Below are positions 8,175-16,990 of a stretch of DNA of 53,702 nucleotides, in pieces (within the stretch, counting starts at the first letter, position 1; every line of letters begins with the position of its first letter). The DNA is from Clostridiales bacterium DTU036 (lineage in GTDB: Bacteria; Bacillota; Clostridia; Peptostreptococcales; Acidaminobacteraceae). The stretch covers positions 1-53,702 of the forward strand of contig LFTD01000109.1 in assembly GCA_001512625.1 (NCBI GenBank). Reading direction: 5' to 3'. A model generated the notes under the pieces. That model was not told where the DNA came from and did not search any database. It worked only from the letters and a program-made list of their open reading frames with translations. The position numbers were made by a program, and so were the translations under genes.

Positions 8175-9482
8175 TTATTCAAAGACTGTTTGCTCCTCAA
8201 TCTCAGTTTCAAGAGCTGCTAGAGCTTTATCTACCAGTCTCCTTCTAAGATTTAGTTCCTCTTCTTGATCCAGATTTGGATTACCAAGTGGGTGAGGAAT
8301 TGCAATTGTTGGAACAATTCTATTGGCTCCAACAGTCAGTGAAATTGGAACGACAGTACACATGTGTACTACAGGGATGCCATAGGCCTCAATTCCCTTA
8401 ACCATCGTTGCACCGCAACGTGTACAGGTGCCTCAGGTTGAGGTTAAAATAACAGCATCAACACCGTCTTCAATTAGTTTTTTACCAATTTCTTCAGAGA
8501 AGGCCTTAGCACTGGCAACAGCTGTTCCGTTACCTACTGTTGAGTAGTAGTAGCGGTGAAGCTTGCCAATTTTGCCTTCTTCTTCATACTGACGAAGTAC
8601 ATCTACAGGGATAACTCTGTCTGCATCAAGGTTTGCATAAACAGGGTCAAATCCACCGTGGGCTGTCTCATAGGTTGCCTCAGTAAGATCCATAACTCCA
8701 TCAATGTCATACTCGCCATACTTGGAGGCTGAAGATGACTCAATGCGATCGGGATTTCCTTTTGGAACAATACCACCGGATGTAACGATAGCAATAGTTG
8801 CTTCCTTTACACTCTTAAGAGGAGCAGCTGGTTCGACTCTATCAAAACTTGGCATGGGGAACTCAGTCTCGAACTCCTCACCTTTAAGTTTTTGAAGCAG
8901 CATTTCAACTGCACGAGCAGAGCCGCGTTTTTCTGTAAAGAAATTCTTACGAATTCCTCTTGGATAGTAGTGCTCTTCTTCAGGACTTCCGATTTCTTCA
9001 TTATTAACTAATTTCAGGGCTAGGGGAACCATTTTGCCAACCGCATCACGCATACCAGCAGCACTATCTCTAGTTTCTACTATGTATACTTCTTTCTTAT
9101 ACATGTCAGCGCCAGGGTTCTCTATATACATCCCTGTAAGAGCAGGAATTCCCAGCTCATTTTGAACTGCTGTGGTGATATCACCACAGGCAACGCCATA
9201 ACGGCCAGCGTTAAAGGCGGGACCCGCAATAAATAGATCCGCATCTTGAGACTTAATCATCTCTAGAATAGTTTCTTTTGCACTTTCCAGGTTTTCGTTG
9301 TAAAAAGAGTCACCGCATACAATAGTAGCGACGATTTCAGCATTTTCGCCTAGACCAGCATTCAAAGCTAGTCCTGGGCCCACAGCGCCTTCCCTTATTT
9401 CGGGTTCAATATGGGCTTGCTCCTCTCCTCCGATACCTGCAAAGAATTGGTTGATGTAGTGTACAACCTTAATCTTGCTCAT
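8175..9482 (-). CDS. grdB: glycine reductase selenoprotein B (435 aa, Sec at codon 350 encoded by TGA 8433-8435)
   Basis: Track ORFs 8433-9482 and 8175-8405 are in the same frame. Read-through gives ...AVILTST-U-GTCTRCGATMVKGIEAYGIPVVHMCT, the GrdB Sec active-site context. Confidence 0.92.
8406..8435 (-). promoter_or_regulatory. Sec UGA plus candidate SECIS hairpin of grdB
   Basis: RNA reads UGA-GGCACCUGUACA-CGUUGC-GGU-GCAACG. A perfect 6-bp stem with a GGU apical loop begins 12 nt after the UGA. Confidence 0.45.
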
Positions 9483-9501
9483 ATCTCTCTCCTAATGCTT
9501 T

Positions 9502-9972
9502 CTAGAATTTGGTGAATTCTGATCTAATGGCTGTCATTTCTTCAATGATATCATCAACATCTAAAACCATTTCCATCATGCCAATTTGCTCATCATAAAC
9601 ATCAGCGTCAACTTCGTTTTTGAATTCTGGTTCGCAGCAATGGTAAACTCTAAGTCCTAACTGGACTCCAGCTAAGGGACCTGCGAAGGTTGGATCTCCT
9701 GCTGTAACGGTTTCAGCAGCTAGTCCAGCAGCTTCACCTTCAGCAGCACCAAGAACGACAACTACGTTCTCAGCTCCGTATTCATTGGTAAGATCTAATA
9801 CTCTTCTTTGATTCTCCAGGTCCATAGCGCCGGCAGCGGTTCACACAAAACATTCAGTGGCTGCAAAGACTACTTCGGCAGATGTGGACTTTAAACATTC
9901 TTCCATGGCGGGAGCTGGGACACCATCTCTATCGCCGATGAGAATGACTTTTTTTCCATCATATAGGCTCAT
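9502..9972 (-). CDS. grdA: glycine reductase selenoprotein A (156 aa, Sec at codon 44 encoded by TGA 9841-9843)
   Basis: From ATG 9972 the sequence is [55 protein letters not shown]..., continuing into track ORF 9502-9825. The CxxU motif is typical of GrdA. Confidence 0.95.
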
Positions 9973-10016
9973 CTTTGTCTTCCTTTCTTATTTGAAAATT
10001 TTAATTTGATTTTTTT

Positions 10017-11303
10017 CTAGTATCCCTTAGCACTCATGCTATTAAAGCCAAGTTCATTGGTGGCGCCTGTAATAGCTTGAAGCTCAACCAAAATGCTTCC
10101 ATCTTTACGTAAACTGCCATCAAATCCACCAGCAATAACATCAGCGTAGGATACATCACCGATGATTTTGTCCATAGGAGGTAGCTCGATTACTTCGTTA
10201 GCATTTCCTCCTGTAACAACGGCGTTAGCCTTAGCATCGGCGTCAGCCAGAGACTGGCTTGCACCATCACGGCCTGCGTATTCGTCTGTAATGATAACGG
10301 TTTTAATTCCTTTATCTTCAATCTTTACACAGTTCATGATTAGGTCAGTGTCGGGGTTACCAAAGCCTTCTTGAGAGATAACGACTCCATCAACTCCTAA
10401 GTACTCAGCTAGTTTGCTAGCCCAGTCAGAGGAGCGGATTTTGTCAGCAAGATAAACGTTTTCATTGGTGATTATAACACCAACAAAGTTTAGTTCTTTA
10501 CCGTGCTTTTCATACAAGTCTGCTACCACTGGATTATTCAAGTGGTGGTAGGTTGTATTTTTATCACAGGCAGAAACACAGTTACCGCTAACAATAGCGC
10601 CATCCATAATTTCTGTCGGATAAATAAAAGTTGAAAGGGTTTTCTTGGCATCAACACCATAAACATAGGTGTCATGCAGCAGTCCTTGGGACTGGAGCAT
10701 TTGTACATAGGCAACCTTGGGAAGATCAGGATACTGAGCTACCTGCTGTAGTAGAGGTAGGGTCTCGTAAACCTTTACTTCATCTGGTTCTACTTCCTTA
10801 GCAGCTTCGCCAAGGTAGAGGGCAGCCTTGAAACCAGCAAGACGAAGGATTTCTTCATGGGCGTGTTGTAGAATCTCAGGCTTAACATCCATTGTGACAA
10901 CAACGTTGTTTAGTTTTGAGAAGGGGGTGTATTCAGCACCTGGCCCTGTCATGTCGATAATTCCTTCTTGGAAACCAACAATTCTTCCAGCAGTTACTAC
11001 GGCAGCGCCTTTTAGTACGTGGGTTCTACCTGAACCAACTTGATTGACCTTGTTGATAACACCGGGGAAAATTCCGCCAGCGCCTTCAACCTTAACTCTG
11101 GGCTCGATAACGTCCTTGACAGGAGTTATTCTTACGCTCTCCCCTGGTCTAGCTAGGTCGATTTGAACATCAGTAATGTGTTCGTCTTCAAGGATAAGTG
11201 CCTTTAGTTCTTCTTTGTTAACAAAGAGAACACCATCCTTTACGTGGGTCGTATCTGCAAACTGAACATCTTTAATAAAGATATTGCCTAATTCAAGTTG
11301 CAT
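10017..11303 (-). CDS. grdE: glycine reductase component B proprotein (alpha/beta subunits, pyruvoyl enzyme)
   Basis: 428 aa, upstream of grdA-grdB. Asn241-Cys242 (SGN|CVSAC) lies at the expected self-cleavage position. Confidence 0.9.
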   Translation of the reverse strand: MQLELGNIFIKDVQFADTTHVKDGVLFVNKEELKALILEDEHITDVQIDLARPGESVRITPVKDVIEPRVKVEGAGGIFPGVINKVNQVGSGRTHVLKGAAVVTAGRIVGFQEGIIDMTGPGAEYTPFSKLNNVVVTMDVKPEILQHAHEEILRLAGFKAALYLGEAAKEVEPDEVKVYETLPLLQQVAQYPDLPKVAYVQMLQSQGLLHDTYVYGVDAKKTLSTFIYPTEIMDGAIVSGNCVSACDKNTTYHHLNNPVVADLYEKHGKELNFVGVIITNENVYLADKIRSSDWASKLAEYLGVDGVVISQEGFGNPDTDLIMNCVKIEDKGIKTVIITDEYAGRDGASQSLADADAKANAVVTGGNANEVIELPPMDKIIGDVSYADVIAGGFDGSLRKDGSILVELQAITGATNELGFNSMSAKGY

Positions 11304-11324
11304 TGCCCACCTCCTTTCATAAGA

Positions 11325-11642
11325 TTAGATATATTTTTTAATTAGTTCTTCAACAGAAGTAGCTGTTGCAGCATCGCCTCTTAAATCTTCAACCATCACA
11401 CCATCTTTATAGATGTAGATAGCTGGTAGACCAGCAACACCTTCAGCCATGGCAACGCGACGTCCTTTTCCAATGTCAAAGGATGCAAATTTAATCTTGT
11501 CACCATACTTTTCTTCTAGTGCGTGAATGTGAGGCATAAGTGCCTTACATGGCTCACAGCTTTGTCCCCAGAAATCAACTAGTACAGGACCTTCAACTTC
11601 TTTGACTTCAGCATTAAAGTTCTTTTTATCTAGTTCTAACAT
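11325..11642 (-). CDS. trxA: thioredoxin with atypical CEPC active site
   Basis: 105 aa with a thioredoxin fold pattern (VLVDFWGQSCEPCKAL). It sits between trxB and grdE, as in known grd operons. Confidence 0.85.
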   Translation of the reverse strand: MLELDKKNFNAEVKEVEGPVLVDFWGQSCEPCKALMPHIHALEEKYGDKIKFASFDIGKGRRVAMAEGVAGLPAIYIYKDGVMVEDLRGDAATATSVEELIKKYI

Positions 11643-11650
11643 CTTCCCTC

Positions 11651-12595
11651 CTAAAAATTATTTTCTATATATTTTTCTGCCTGTATGGCAGCTACAGCGC
11701 CATCACTGGCAGCAGTTACTACTTGACGTAAAATCTTACCACGGATATCTCCAGCAGCAAATACTCCTTCAACATTGGTAGCTAGTTCTTCATTAGCCTT
11801 GATGTATCCGCCCTCATCTAAATTGATTGAGCTATTAAAGGTTGAGGTTGCTGGAAGGTAGCCAACTTGGACAAAAACACCAAAGATACCATCATCTTCA
11901 TCTGCTAGGTACTCAGTATCTTCACCGGTCACACGGTTGTGAAGGACCATCCTATCAACAACGCCTTCTTCGCCACTAATTTCCTTTACAACGCTATTCC
12001 AAATAAAATCAATTTTTTCATTGGCAAAGGCTTTCTCTTGAATAGATTTTGCGGCGCGAAGTTCGTCACGTCTATGAACAACATGGACTTTACGAGCAAA
12101 TTTTGTTAGGTAGATTGCTTCTTCTACTGCAGTGTCTCCACCGCCAATTACGTAGATTTCTAAATCTTCATAGAAGGCAGCATCACATGTTGCACAGTAG
12201 CTAACGCCTCTACCAGTAAACTCTTTTTCGCCAGGAACATCAAGCTTACGGGGAACAGCACCAGTAGCAAGAATAACAGCCTTAGCTTCATACTCTCCCT
12301 TATTGGTTTTAACTTTTTTAACTTTTTCATTTAGCTCGAGGCTAGTTACTTCTTCATAACGAAGGTCAACGCCAAAGTGGCTAACTTGTTCTACCATTCG
12401 GCCAATTAGTTTTGGTCCGGTCTCATCCTGGGGTGAACCAGGATAGTTTTCAATTTCATCGGTTGTAACAATTTGTCCGCCAGCCTTCTCTTTTTCAAGA
12501 AGAACTGTGTCAAGTTTTGCACGTCCAGCGTAAAGGGCTGCTGAAAGTCCTGCAGGTCCAGCTCCGACGATAATTAAGTCGTGAATTTTGCTCAT
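11651..12595 (-). CDS. trxB: thioredoxin-disulfide reductase
   Basis: 314 aa with FAD motif GAGPAG, redox-active CATCD and NADPH motif GGGDTAVEEA. Confidence 0.92.
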   Translation of the reverse strand: MSKIHDLIIVGAGPAGLSAALYAGRAKLDTVLLEKEKAGGQIVTTDEIENYPGSPQDETGPKLIGRMVEQVSHFGVDLRYEEVTSLELNEKVKKVKTNKGEYEAKAVILATGAVPRKLDVPGEKEFTGRGVSYCATCDAAFYEDLEIYVIGGGDTAVEEAIYLTKFARKVHVVHRRDELRAAKSIQEKAFANEKIDFIWNSVVKEISGEEGVVDRMVLHNRVTGEDTEYLADEDDGIFGVFVQVGYLPATSTFNSSINLDEGGYIKANEELATNVEGVFAAGDIRGKILRQVVTAASDGAVAAIQAEKYIENNF

Positions 12596-12614
12596 AAATC
12601 CTTATCCTATCCTT

Positions 12615-12980
12615 TCATTTTTCAAGCGCACTATCGATTAAAGAGAGATCAATCATCCGGCAGTCATTCATTCGCTGATCATCTTCCAGAAACAGCTTGG
12701 GGTTTTTCATAAGATTCCTTGCCATAACTAAGGCATCTTCAATAATTAGAAGGGAGTCCATATCTATCTCTCCCCTATCCTCCTCAACAAGAACCGACTT
12801 AAAGGGAGTCTCATTGGGTTTAACACTACCACTTAGTGGATGACTAAGTAGCCTGTCTCCTTGATGTATCCCATCCCTCACTAGCTCCAGAAGTTCCAAA
12901 TAACCCACATCGGCAAAATGAATCTCATATTTATTTTTATACTTCTCTTTTACCCAAGGGTTATTGGTTAGAATCTTCAT
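12615..12980 (-). CDS. grdX: GrdX-like protein, first gene of the grd operon
   Basis: 121 aa immediately upstream of trxB. Size and position match GrdX. AAGGAG at 12986-12991. Confidence 0.65.
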   Translation of the reverse strand: MKILTNNPWVKEKYKNKYEIHFADVGYLELLELVRDGIHQGDRLLSHPLSGSVKPNETPFKSVLVEEDRGEIDMDSLLIIEDALVMARNLMKNPKLFLEDDQRMNDCRMIDLSLIDSALEK

Positions 12981-13288
12981 TTACACTCCTTATAGACATA
13001 AATAGGCGCTATTATCTAACAGTCTAAGTATAGCATAAATGTCCAGGAATCATAGCTTAATCAGGCCCATAAATCCCAACAAATACATAATATTTTAGCC
13101 TGTAATTGACTAAAAAAAATCATCATACAGAGTCTTTATATAGATTTTTTCACCTATATATGGCCCAGTCACATTTATAACTGTTTTTTTATAGTTTGCG
13201 TAATATATCAGTCTTCTATCCTCAACAACTTGAATTTCCCATAAAAATCCTATAACTTTTATTTTTGAAAAAAGTTGGTTTTTGACAG

Positions 13289-13316
13289 GCACAAAATCAC
13301 ACCGCCAGCTTTGTGC
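13289..13316. promoter_or_regulatory. inverted repeat GCACAAA-N14-TTTGTGC in the grdX/chrA divergent intergenic region
   Basis: 7-bp perfect arms, abutting TTGACA (13282-13287) and about 40 nt upstream of the chrA-like start. Confidence 0.2.
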
Positions 13317-13358
13317 AAAAAATGTTAATTTATTGTATACTATTATCAAGGAGGATTT

Positions 13359-13892
13359 ATGAAAATCTCAAAGTGGAAGATCTTTACCACAGCCCTCAAA
13401 TTCAGCGCCATAACCTTCGGTGGCGGATTTGTCATGATAGGCATGATGGAAAGAAAATTTGTAGAAGAGCTTGAGCTCCTAAAACAAGAAGAAATGATGG
13501 ACATAGCAGCCATAGCTCAAAGTGCACCAGGGGCAGTTGCTGTAAATGCTTGGATTCTTCTTGGCTTTCGCTTGCATGGTTTTGCAGGTAGCTTGGTAGC
13601 AACCCTTGGCGCCATCATGCCTCCCCTTTTCATAATAGGGCTAATCTCAATGGTCTATAGACAGTTTATAGAAAGCCAGATGGTAGCCATGATAATGAAG
13701 GGGATGCAAATTGCGGTTGCAGCCATTATAAGCGACCTAGTAATAAACCTCTTTACCTCCCTAGCTAAAGACGCTTTACCCTGGGATTTTCTTTTAGTTT
13801 TTTTTGCCCTATTATTGATCCTCTACTATAATTTCCCCATCTATATCCTACTTATATCTTTTGCAGCCTTAGGGATTTGGAGGAAAAAATGA
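13359..13892 (+). CDS. chromate transporter family protein (short ChrA, half 1)
   Basis: 177-aa polytopic membrane protein. ITFGGGFVMIGMM and AQSAPGAVAVNA resemble the CHR family. Confidence 0.8.
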   Translation: MKISKWKIFTTALKFSAITFGGGFVMIGMMERKFVEELELLKQEEMMDIAAIAQSAPGAVAVNAWILLGFRLHGFAGSLVATLGAIMPPLFIIGLISMVYRQFIESQMVAMIMKGMQIAVAAIISDLVINLFTSLAKDALPWDFLLVFFALLLILYYNFPIYILLISFAALGIWRKK

Positions 13893-14437
13893 TTTTTCTT
13901 AAACTTTTCTGGGCCTTCTTACAAATAGGAATGTTTAGTGTTGGTGGTGGCTATGCAGCCCTGCCTCTAATAAAAAACCAGGTGGTGATAAAAAACACCT
14001 GGCTTACAGCCAAGGAATTCTATGATATTGTAACTATTGCAGAGATGACTCCTGGACCCCTAGCCATTAATGCCGCAACCTTTGTAGGCATTAAAATAGC
14101 CGGCATACCCGGAGCCCTTGTAGCCAGCTTTTCAACAGTTCTTCCTTCCATGTTCATAGTAACCAGTCTTGCTCTAGTCCTCTACCATAAGAGGGGGGGC
14201 GGGGTTAAGATAATGGAGAAAATTCTCTATGGACTTAGGCCCGCAGTTATTGCCCTAATAACTTCTGCCGCCTTTAGTTTAATAGAGGTAGCTCTTCTCC
14301 AGGACGAGGAGCTTAATGTCTTTAAAGTTCTAGCCTTTTTTACTCAGGTCTACCTCCTCAGAACAAAGAAGATATCCCCCATGAAACTCCTAATCCTAAC
14401 AGGTGCAGGATCCTTCCTAATCTACCTAGTAATATAA
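13889..14437 (+). CDS. chromate transporter family protein (short ChrA, half 2)
   Basis: MFSVGGGYAALPLI and EMTPGPLAINAATF. ATG 13889 overlaps the upstream stop (ATGA). GGAGG at 13879-13883. Confidence 0.8.
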   Translation: MIFLKLFWAFLQIGMFSVGGGYAALPLIKNQVVIKNTWLTAKEFYDIVTIAEMTPGPLAINAATFVGIKIAGIPGALVASFSTVLPSMFIVTSLALVLYHKRGGGVKIMEKILYGLRPAVIALITSAAFSLIEVALLQDEELNVFKVLAFFTQVYLLRTKKISPMKLLILTGAGSFLIYLVI

Positions 14438-14438
14438 T

Positions 14439-14462
14439 AAAGACCCACTAAGGGTCTTTATT
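14439..14462. terminator. hairpin between convergent chrA-like and M42 peptidase genes
   Basis: AAAGACCC-ACTAA-GGGTCTTT followed by ATTT. Confidence 0.5.
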
Positions 14463-14464
14463 TA

Positions 14465-15532
14465 CTAGAAGGGCTTAAATGACTGGTAAACCTCTTCATT
14501 TATAGCCTTAAGAATTTCTATAGCCAGTTCAACAGTAGCCCCATAATCCTTCATAGAAGCATAGCCATAGTGGGAATGAATATATCTAACAGGTATTCCT
14601 AAAACAATGGTTGGTACCCCGGCATTTGAGAGATGTATTGGAGAGCCATTTGTAGAGCCCCCACTCCTAACAGCCTCCTGGCATGCAATATCCTGCTTTC
14701 TAGCAATCCCAAGCGCAAAACTCTGAAAACCCGGATGGGTTAACATCCCCCTGTCTACATGGCGTAGCATAGGGCCATGATGGAGTAGGGTCTGGGCTTC
14801 AGGAGGAGCCAGAAAGCTATCATCTGCAGGACAACCTTCAAATACTAGGGCTAGGTCAGGCTCTATTCTTCTCGCACTTACCTGAGCCCCTCTAAGGCCC
14901 CCTTCTTCTTGACTAGATAATGAGCCTACAACCTCAAGGTCTAGGTTCAATTCCTCTATAGTCTCAATTACTTCAAGTAAAGCAGCCACTCCTAGTCTAC
15001 AGTCAAAGGCCTTTCCCATTAAAAGGTTTCTCTCGGGGAAAGCTTTAAAAGCGACTTCAGGAACCATGGGACTGCCTATTCCAATGCCTAGCTCTCTAAC
15101 CTCATCAGCACTACTTACTCCTAAATCTACAACTAGGTGGTCCAGTTTAAGGCCCCTACTTCTTTCTTCTTCACTCATAAAATGGGGAGGCTTTGATGCC
15201 ACAACCCCTCTAATATATTCCCCTTTATCATTTCTAATCAAAAATATTTGAGATGGCAGGTTATGCTCTACCCAGCCTCCTAAAGCGTGGAGGCCCAGCA
15301 TTCCATTATCATGAACATAGCTAACCATAAAACCCACTTCATCTATGTGGGCATCTAACATAATTCTGAGTTTTTTCTTCTCCCCTTTTAGGCCAATAAA
15401 TACATTGTTCATAGTATCAGCTTCAAGCTTCTTACTACCCTTATAAATATTAGGTATTAATCTAGCCACCTCTGTTTCAAAGCCTGCTGGTCCAAAGGCA
15501 TTAGTTAGTTTTTCTATCCTACTAGTATCCAT
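14465..15532 (-). CDS. M42 family metallopeptidase (glutamyl aminopeptidase/CelM-like)
   Basis: 355 aa. N-terminal LTNAFGPAGFETEV, HIDEVGFMV and QEEGGLRGA are typical of M42 peptidases. Confidence 0.85.
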   Translation of the reverse strand: MDTSRIEKLTNAFGPAGFETEVARLIPNIYKGSKKLEADTMNNVFIGLKGEKKKLRIMLDAHIDEVGFMVSYVHDNGMLGLHALGGWVEHNLPSQIFLIRNDKGEYIRGVVASKPPHFMSEEERSRGLKLDHLVVDLGVSSADEVRELGIGIGSPMVPEVAFKAFPERNLLMGKAFDCRLGVAALLEVIETIEELNLDLEVVGSLSSQEEGGLRGAQVSARRIEPDLALVFEGCPADDSFLAPPEAQTLLHHGPMLRHVDRGMLTHPGFQSFALGIARKQDIACQEAVRSGGSTNGSPIHLSNAGVPTIVLGIPVRYIHSHYGYASMKDYGATVELAIEILKAINEEVYQSFKPF

Positions 15533-15902
15533 CCTTATTTCCCTTCCTCCATTTTTCTAACTTGATTTCATCTTCAATCTCAAGATCCTTATTACCTGCA
15601 AGGTCCTGAATATGATGGGTAAACTCATGGCGCAGAGTATCCCTCAGTTTTTCAACTAGGTCCTGCCTATCCAGGTGTCCATAAAGCTTCTTAAAGGATC
15701 CATAATAAATCTTAATCTGTCTACCCAAGCGGCTTCTTGAGTATTCACCCAAGATTACAAGCTCCTCACTCCTGGCCTCATGATGGTATTTAGTTGTTTC
15801 AACTAGGACTATACCTAGATTGAGTTCATTAAAAAATACAGCAGGTAGCTCCTCTGCCAGCTCATCTAAGATATGTCCTATTTCATCATAACTAGGAAAC
15901 AT
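15522..15902 (-). CDS. zincin-like metallopeptidase family protein (DUF1025-like, HEFTHH)
   Basis: C-terminal HEFTHH zinc motif. ATG 15902 with GAGGAG upstream is preferred over ATG 15920. Confidence 0.6.
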   Translation of the reverse strand: MFPSYDEIGHILDELAEELPAVFFNELNLGIVLVETTKYHHEARSEELVILGEYSRSRLGRQIKIYYGSFKKLYGHLDRQDLVEKLRDTLRHEFTHHIQDLAGNKDLEIEDEIKLEKWRKGNKDGY

Positions 15903-15949
15903 GTCAACTCCTCTATCCATCTATGGTAAAATACTTCTAGGAGGTAGCC

Positions 15950-16162
15950 ATGGCAAAGAACCCAATTCAAAATATAATTATTGATAGCCTAGTTGTTTTC
16001 ATAATTTTTTGGTTCCTTTTTTTCCTAGAAAAATACCAGCTTATTTCCTCAAACTCTGCTAAACTTTATTTTATAATAGCTCTTGCTTTGGCTCTTATAG
16101 ATATCCTTGTTTCAACTAAACTAGCTAAGTGGTTAGCCAGCCTTAAAGATAAGGATTTATAA
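15950..16162 (+). CDS. small hypothetical membrane protein (two predicted TM helices)
   Basis: 70-aa ORF with GGAGG at 15939-15943. No recognisable family. Confidence 0.4.
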   Translation: MAKNPIQNIIIDSLVVFIIFWFLFFLEKYQLISSNSAKLYFIIALALALIDILVSTKLAKWLASLKDKDL

Positions 16163-16897
16163 AAGTCCCTCTAAATGGCCATCTATCTGATCTAAATAGA
16201 GGCCTTCTTTATTTAAGTCCCTAATCACCACCAATTCAACACCATTTTTAAGGGCTGCAAAGGCTTTTTCTTCTACCGCTTCTTGTAGACCACTTTCTTC
16301 TGTGACTAGAGTAGTTATCTTATACTGGTTAATCATAGCCTGGTTCATCTCCTGACTAAAGGGCCCACATAGGGCCAGGATCTGCTTATAGCCCAGGCCC
16401 AGCTCCCTGATTTTTTCAATATTCTCTACTCTTGGCTCAATCCTAACATAGGCCCTCAAATGAATTTTTGGACTGACTAAGCCCTCAATACTCTGCATAC
16501 CAGTGGTAATTAGGATATTTCCCTTGGATTCTTCTAAATGCTTCCTAGCCTCTTCAAGCTCGGAAAATACCCAGACTCCAGCAGGAATTTTCTCCTCTGC
16601 CAAAAGCCTAATATATTTGGCCCCTATCTCTTCAGCCATCTGAGCTAGGACTCTACTTTTAGTTTTATCATAGGGATGAGTCCCATCTATTAGGGCTAGC
16701 GCCTTATCAGGAAACATCTCCATGGTCTGGCTTTTAGTTTCCTTTTCTTCAAAAACCCTCAGCTTATCATCCTCCTCAGGAAGGAGTTCCCTACCCGCAG
16801 GAGAATTCAAAAATACCCAAAGATCATAACCCTTTCTTCTACTTTGGTTAATCCATTTTCTGGCCTCAGCCGAGCCAGCAAAGACAATTATATTCAT
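16157..16897 (-). CDS. precorrin-6A/cobalt-precorrin-6A reductase-like protein (orphan)
   Basis: VFAGSAEAR, DGTHPYD, ITTG, CGPFS and LVTEESG match the CobK/CbiJ motif order. ATG 16897 with GAGGTG upstream is preferred over GTG 16909. Confidence 0.6.
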   Translation of the reverse strand: MNIIVFAGSAEARKWINQSRRKGYDLWVFLNSPAGRELLPEEDDKLRVFEEKETKSQTMEMFPDKALALIDGTHPYDKTKSRVLAQMAEEIGAKYIRLLAEEKIPAGVWVFSELEEARKHLEESKGNILITTGMQSIEGLVSPKIHLRAYVRIEPRVENIEKIRELGLGYKQILALCGPFSQEMNQAMINQYKITTLVTEESGLQEAVEEKAFAALKNGVELVVIRDLNKEGLYLDQIDGHLEGLL

Positions 16898-16964
16898 ATT
16901 ATTATTCACCTCTTCTTAACTTGAGCACTATAAAAAAGTCTACTCTAATAGTGGATTCTAGTCA

Positions 16965-16990
16965 ATAAAAAAACCCCGAAGGGTTTTTTA
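16965..16990 (-). terminator. rho-independent terminator after hppA
   Basis: The minus strand reads AACCC-TTCG-GGGTT followed by TTTTTT. Confidence 0.7.

Noticed and set aside
8175-9482. grdB appearing as two ORFs, and grdA as a truncated ORF (9502-9825), could be read as pseudogenes.
   Set aside because: The interrupting codons are TGA at exactly the Sec positions of GrdB/GrdA. Both flanks are in frame and fully conserved-looking. Sec recoding is the better explanation.
13110-13349. 79-aa minus-strand ORF in the grdX/chrA intergenic region.
   Set aside because: It starts at TTG with no Shine-Dalgarno sequence and has no internal ATG. It lies in AT-rich promoter DNA and matches no recognisable family. 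It is most likely spurious.
12981-13358. Possible glycine riboswitch or other leader RNA in front of the grd operon.
   Set aside because: Neither strand shows the conserved glycine-aptamer cores (GGAGAG...CACCG...GGGCAA-like segments) or a leader terminator. I cannot exclude an unknown RNA without covariance-model scanning.
14186-14200. Homopolymeric G tracts as possible phase-variation switches: G7-C-G4 in the second chrA-like gene, and G7 in the SD of the ABC ATPase at 37377-37383.
   Set aside because: The tracts are shorter than those usually associated with slipped-strand switching. Both genes are intact and in frame. No evidence of variation is available from a single sequence.
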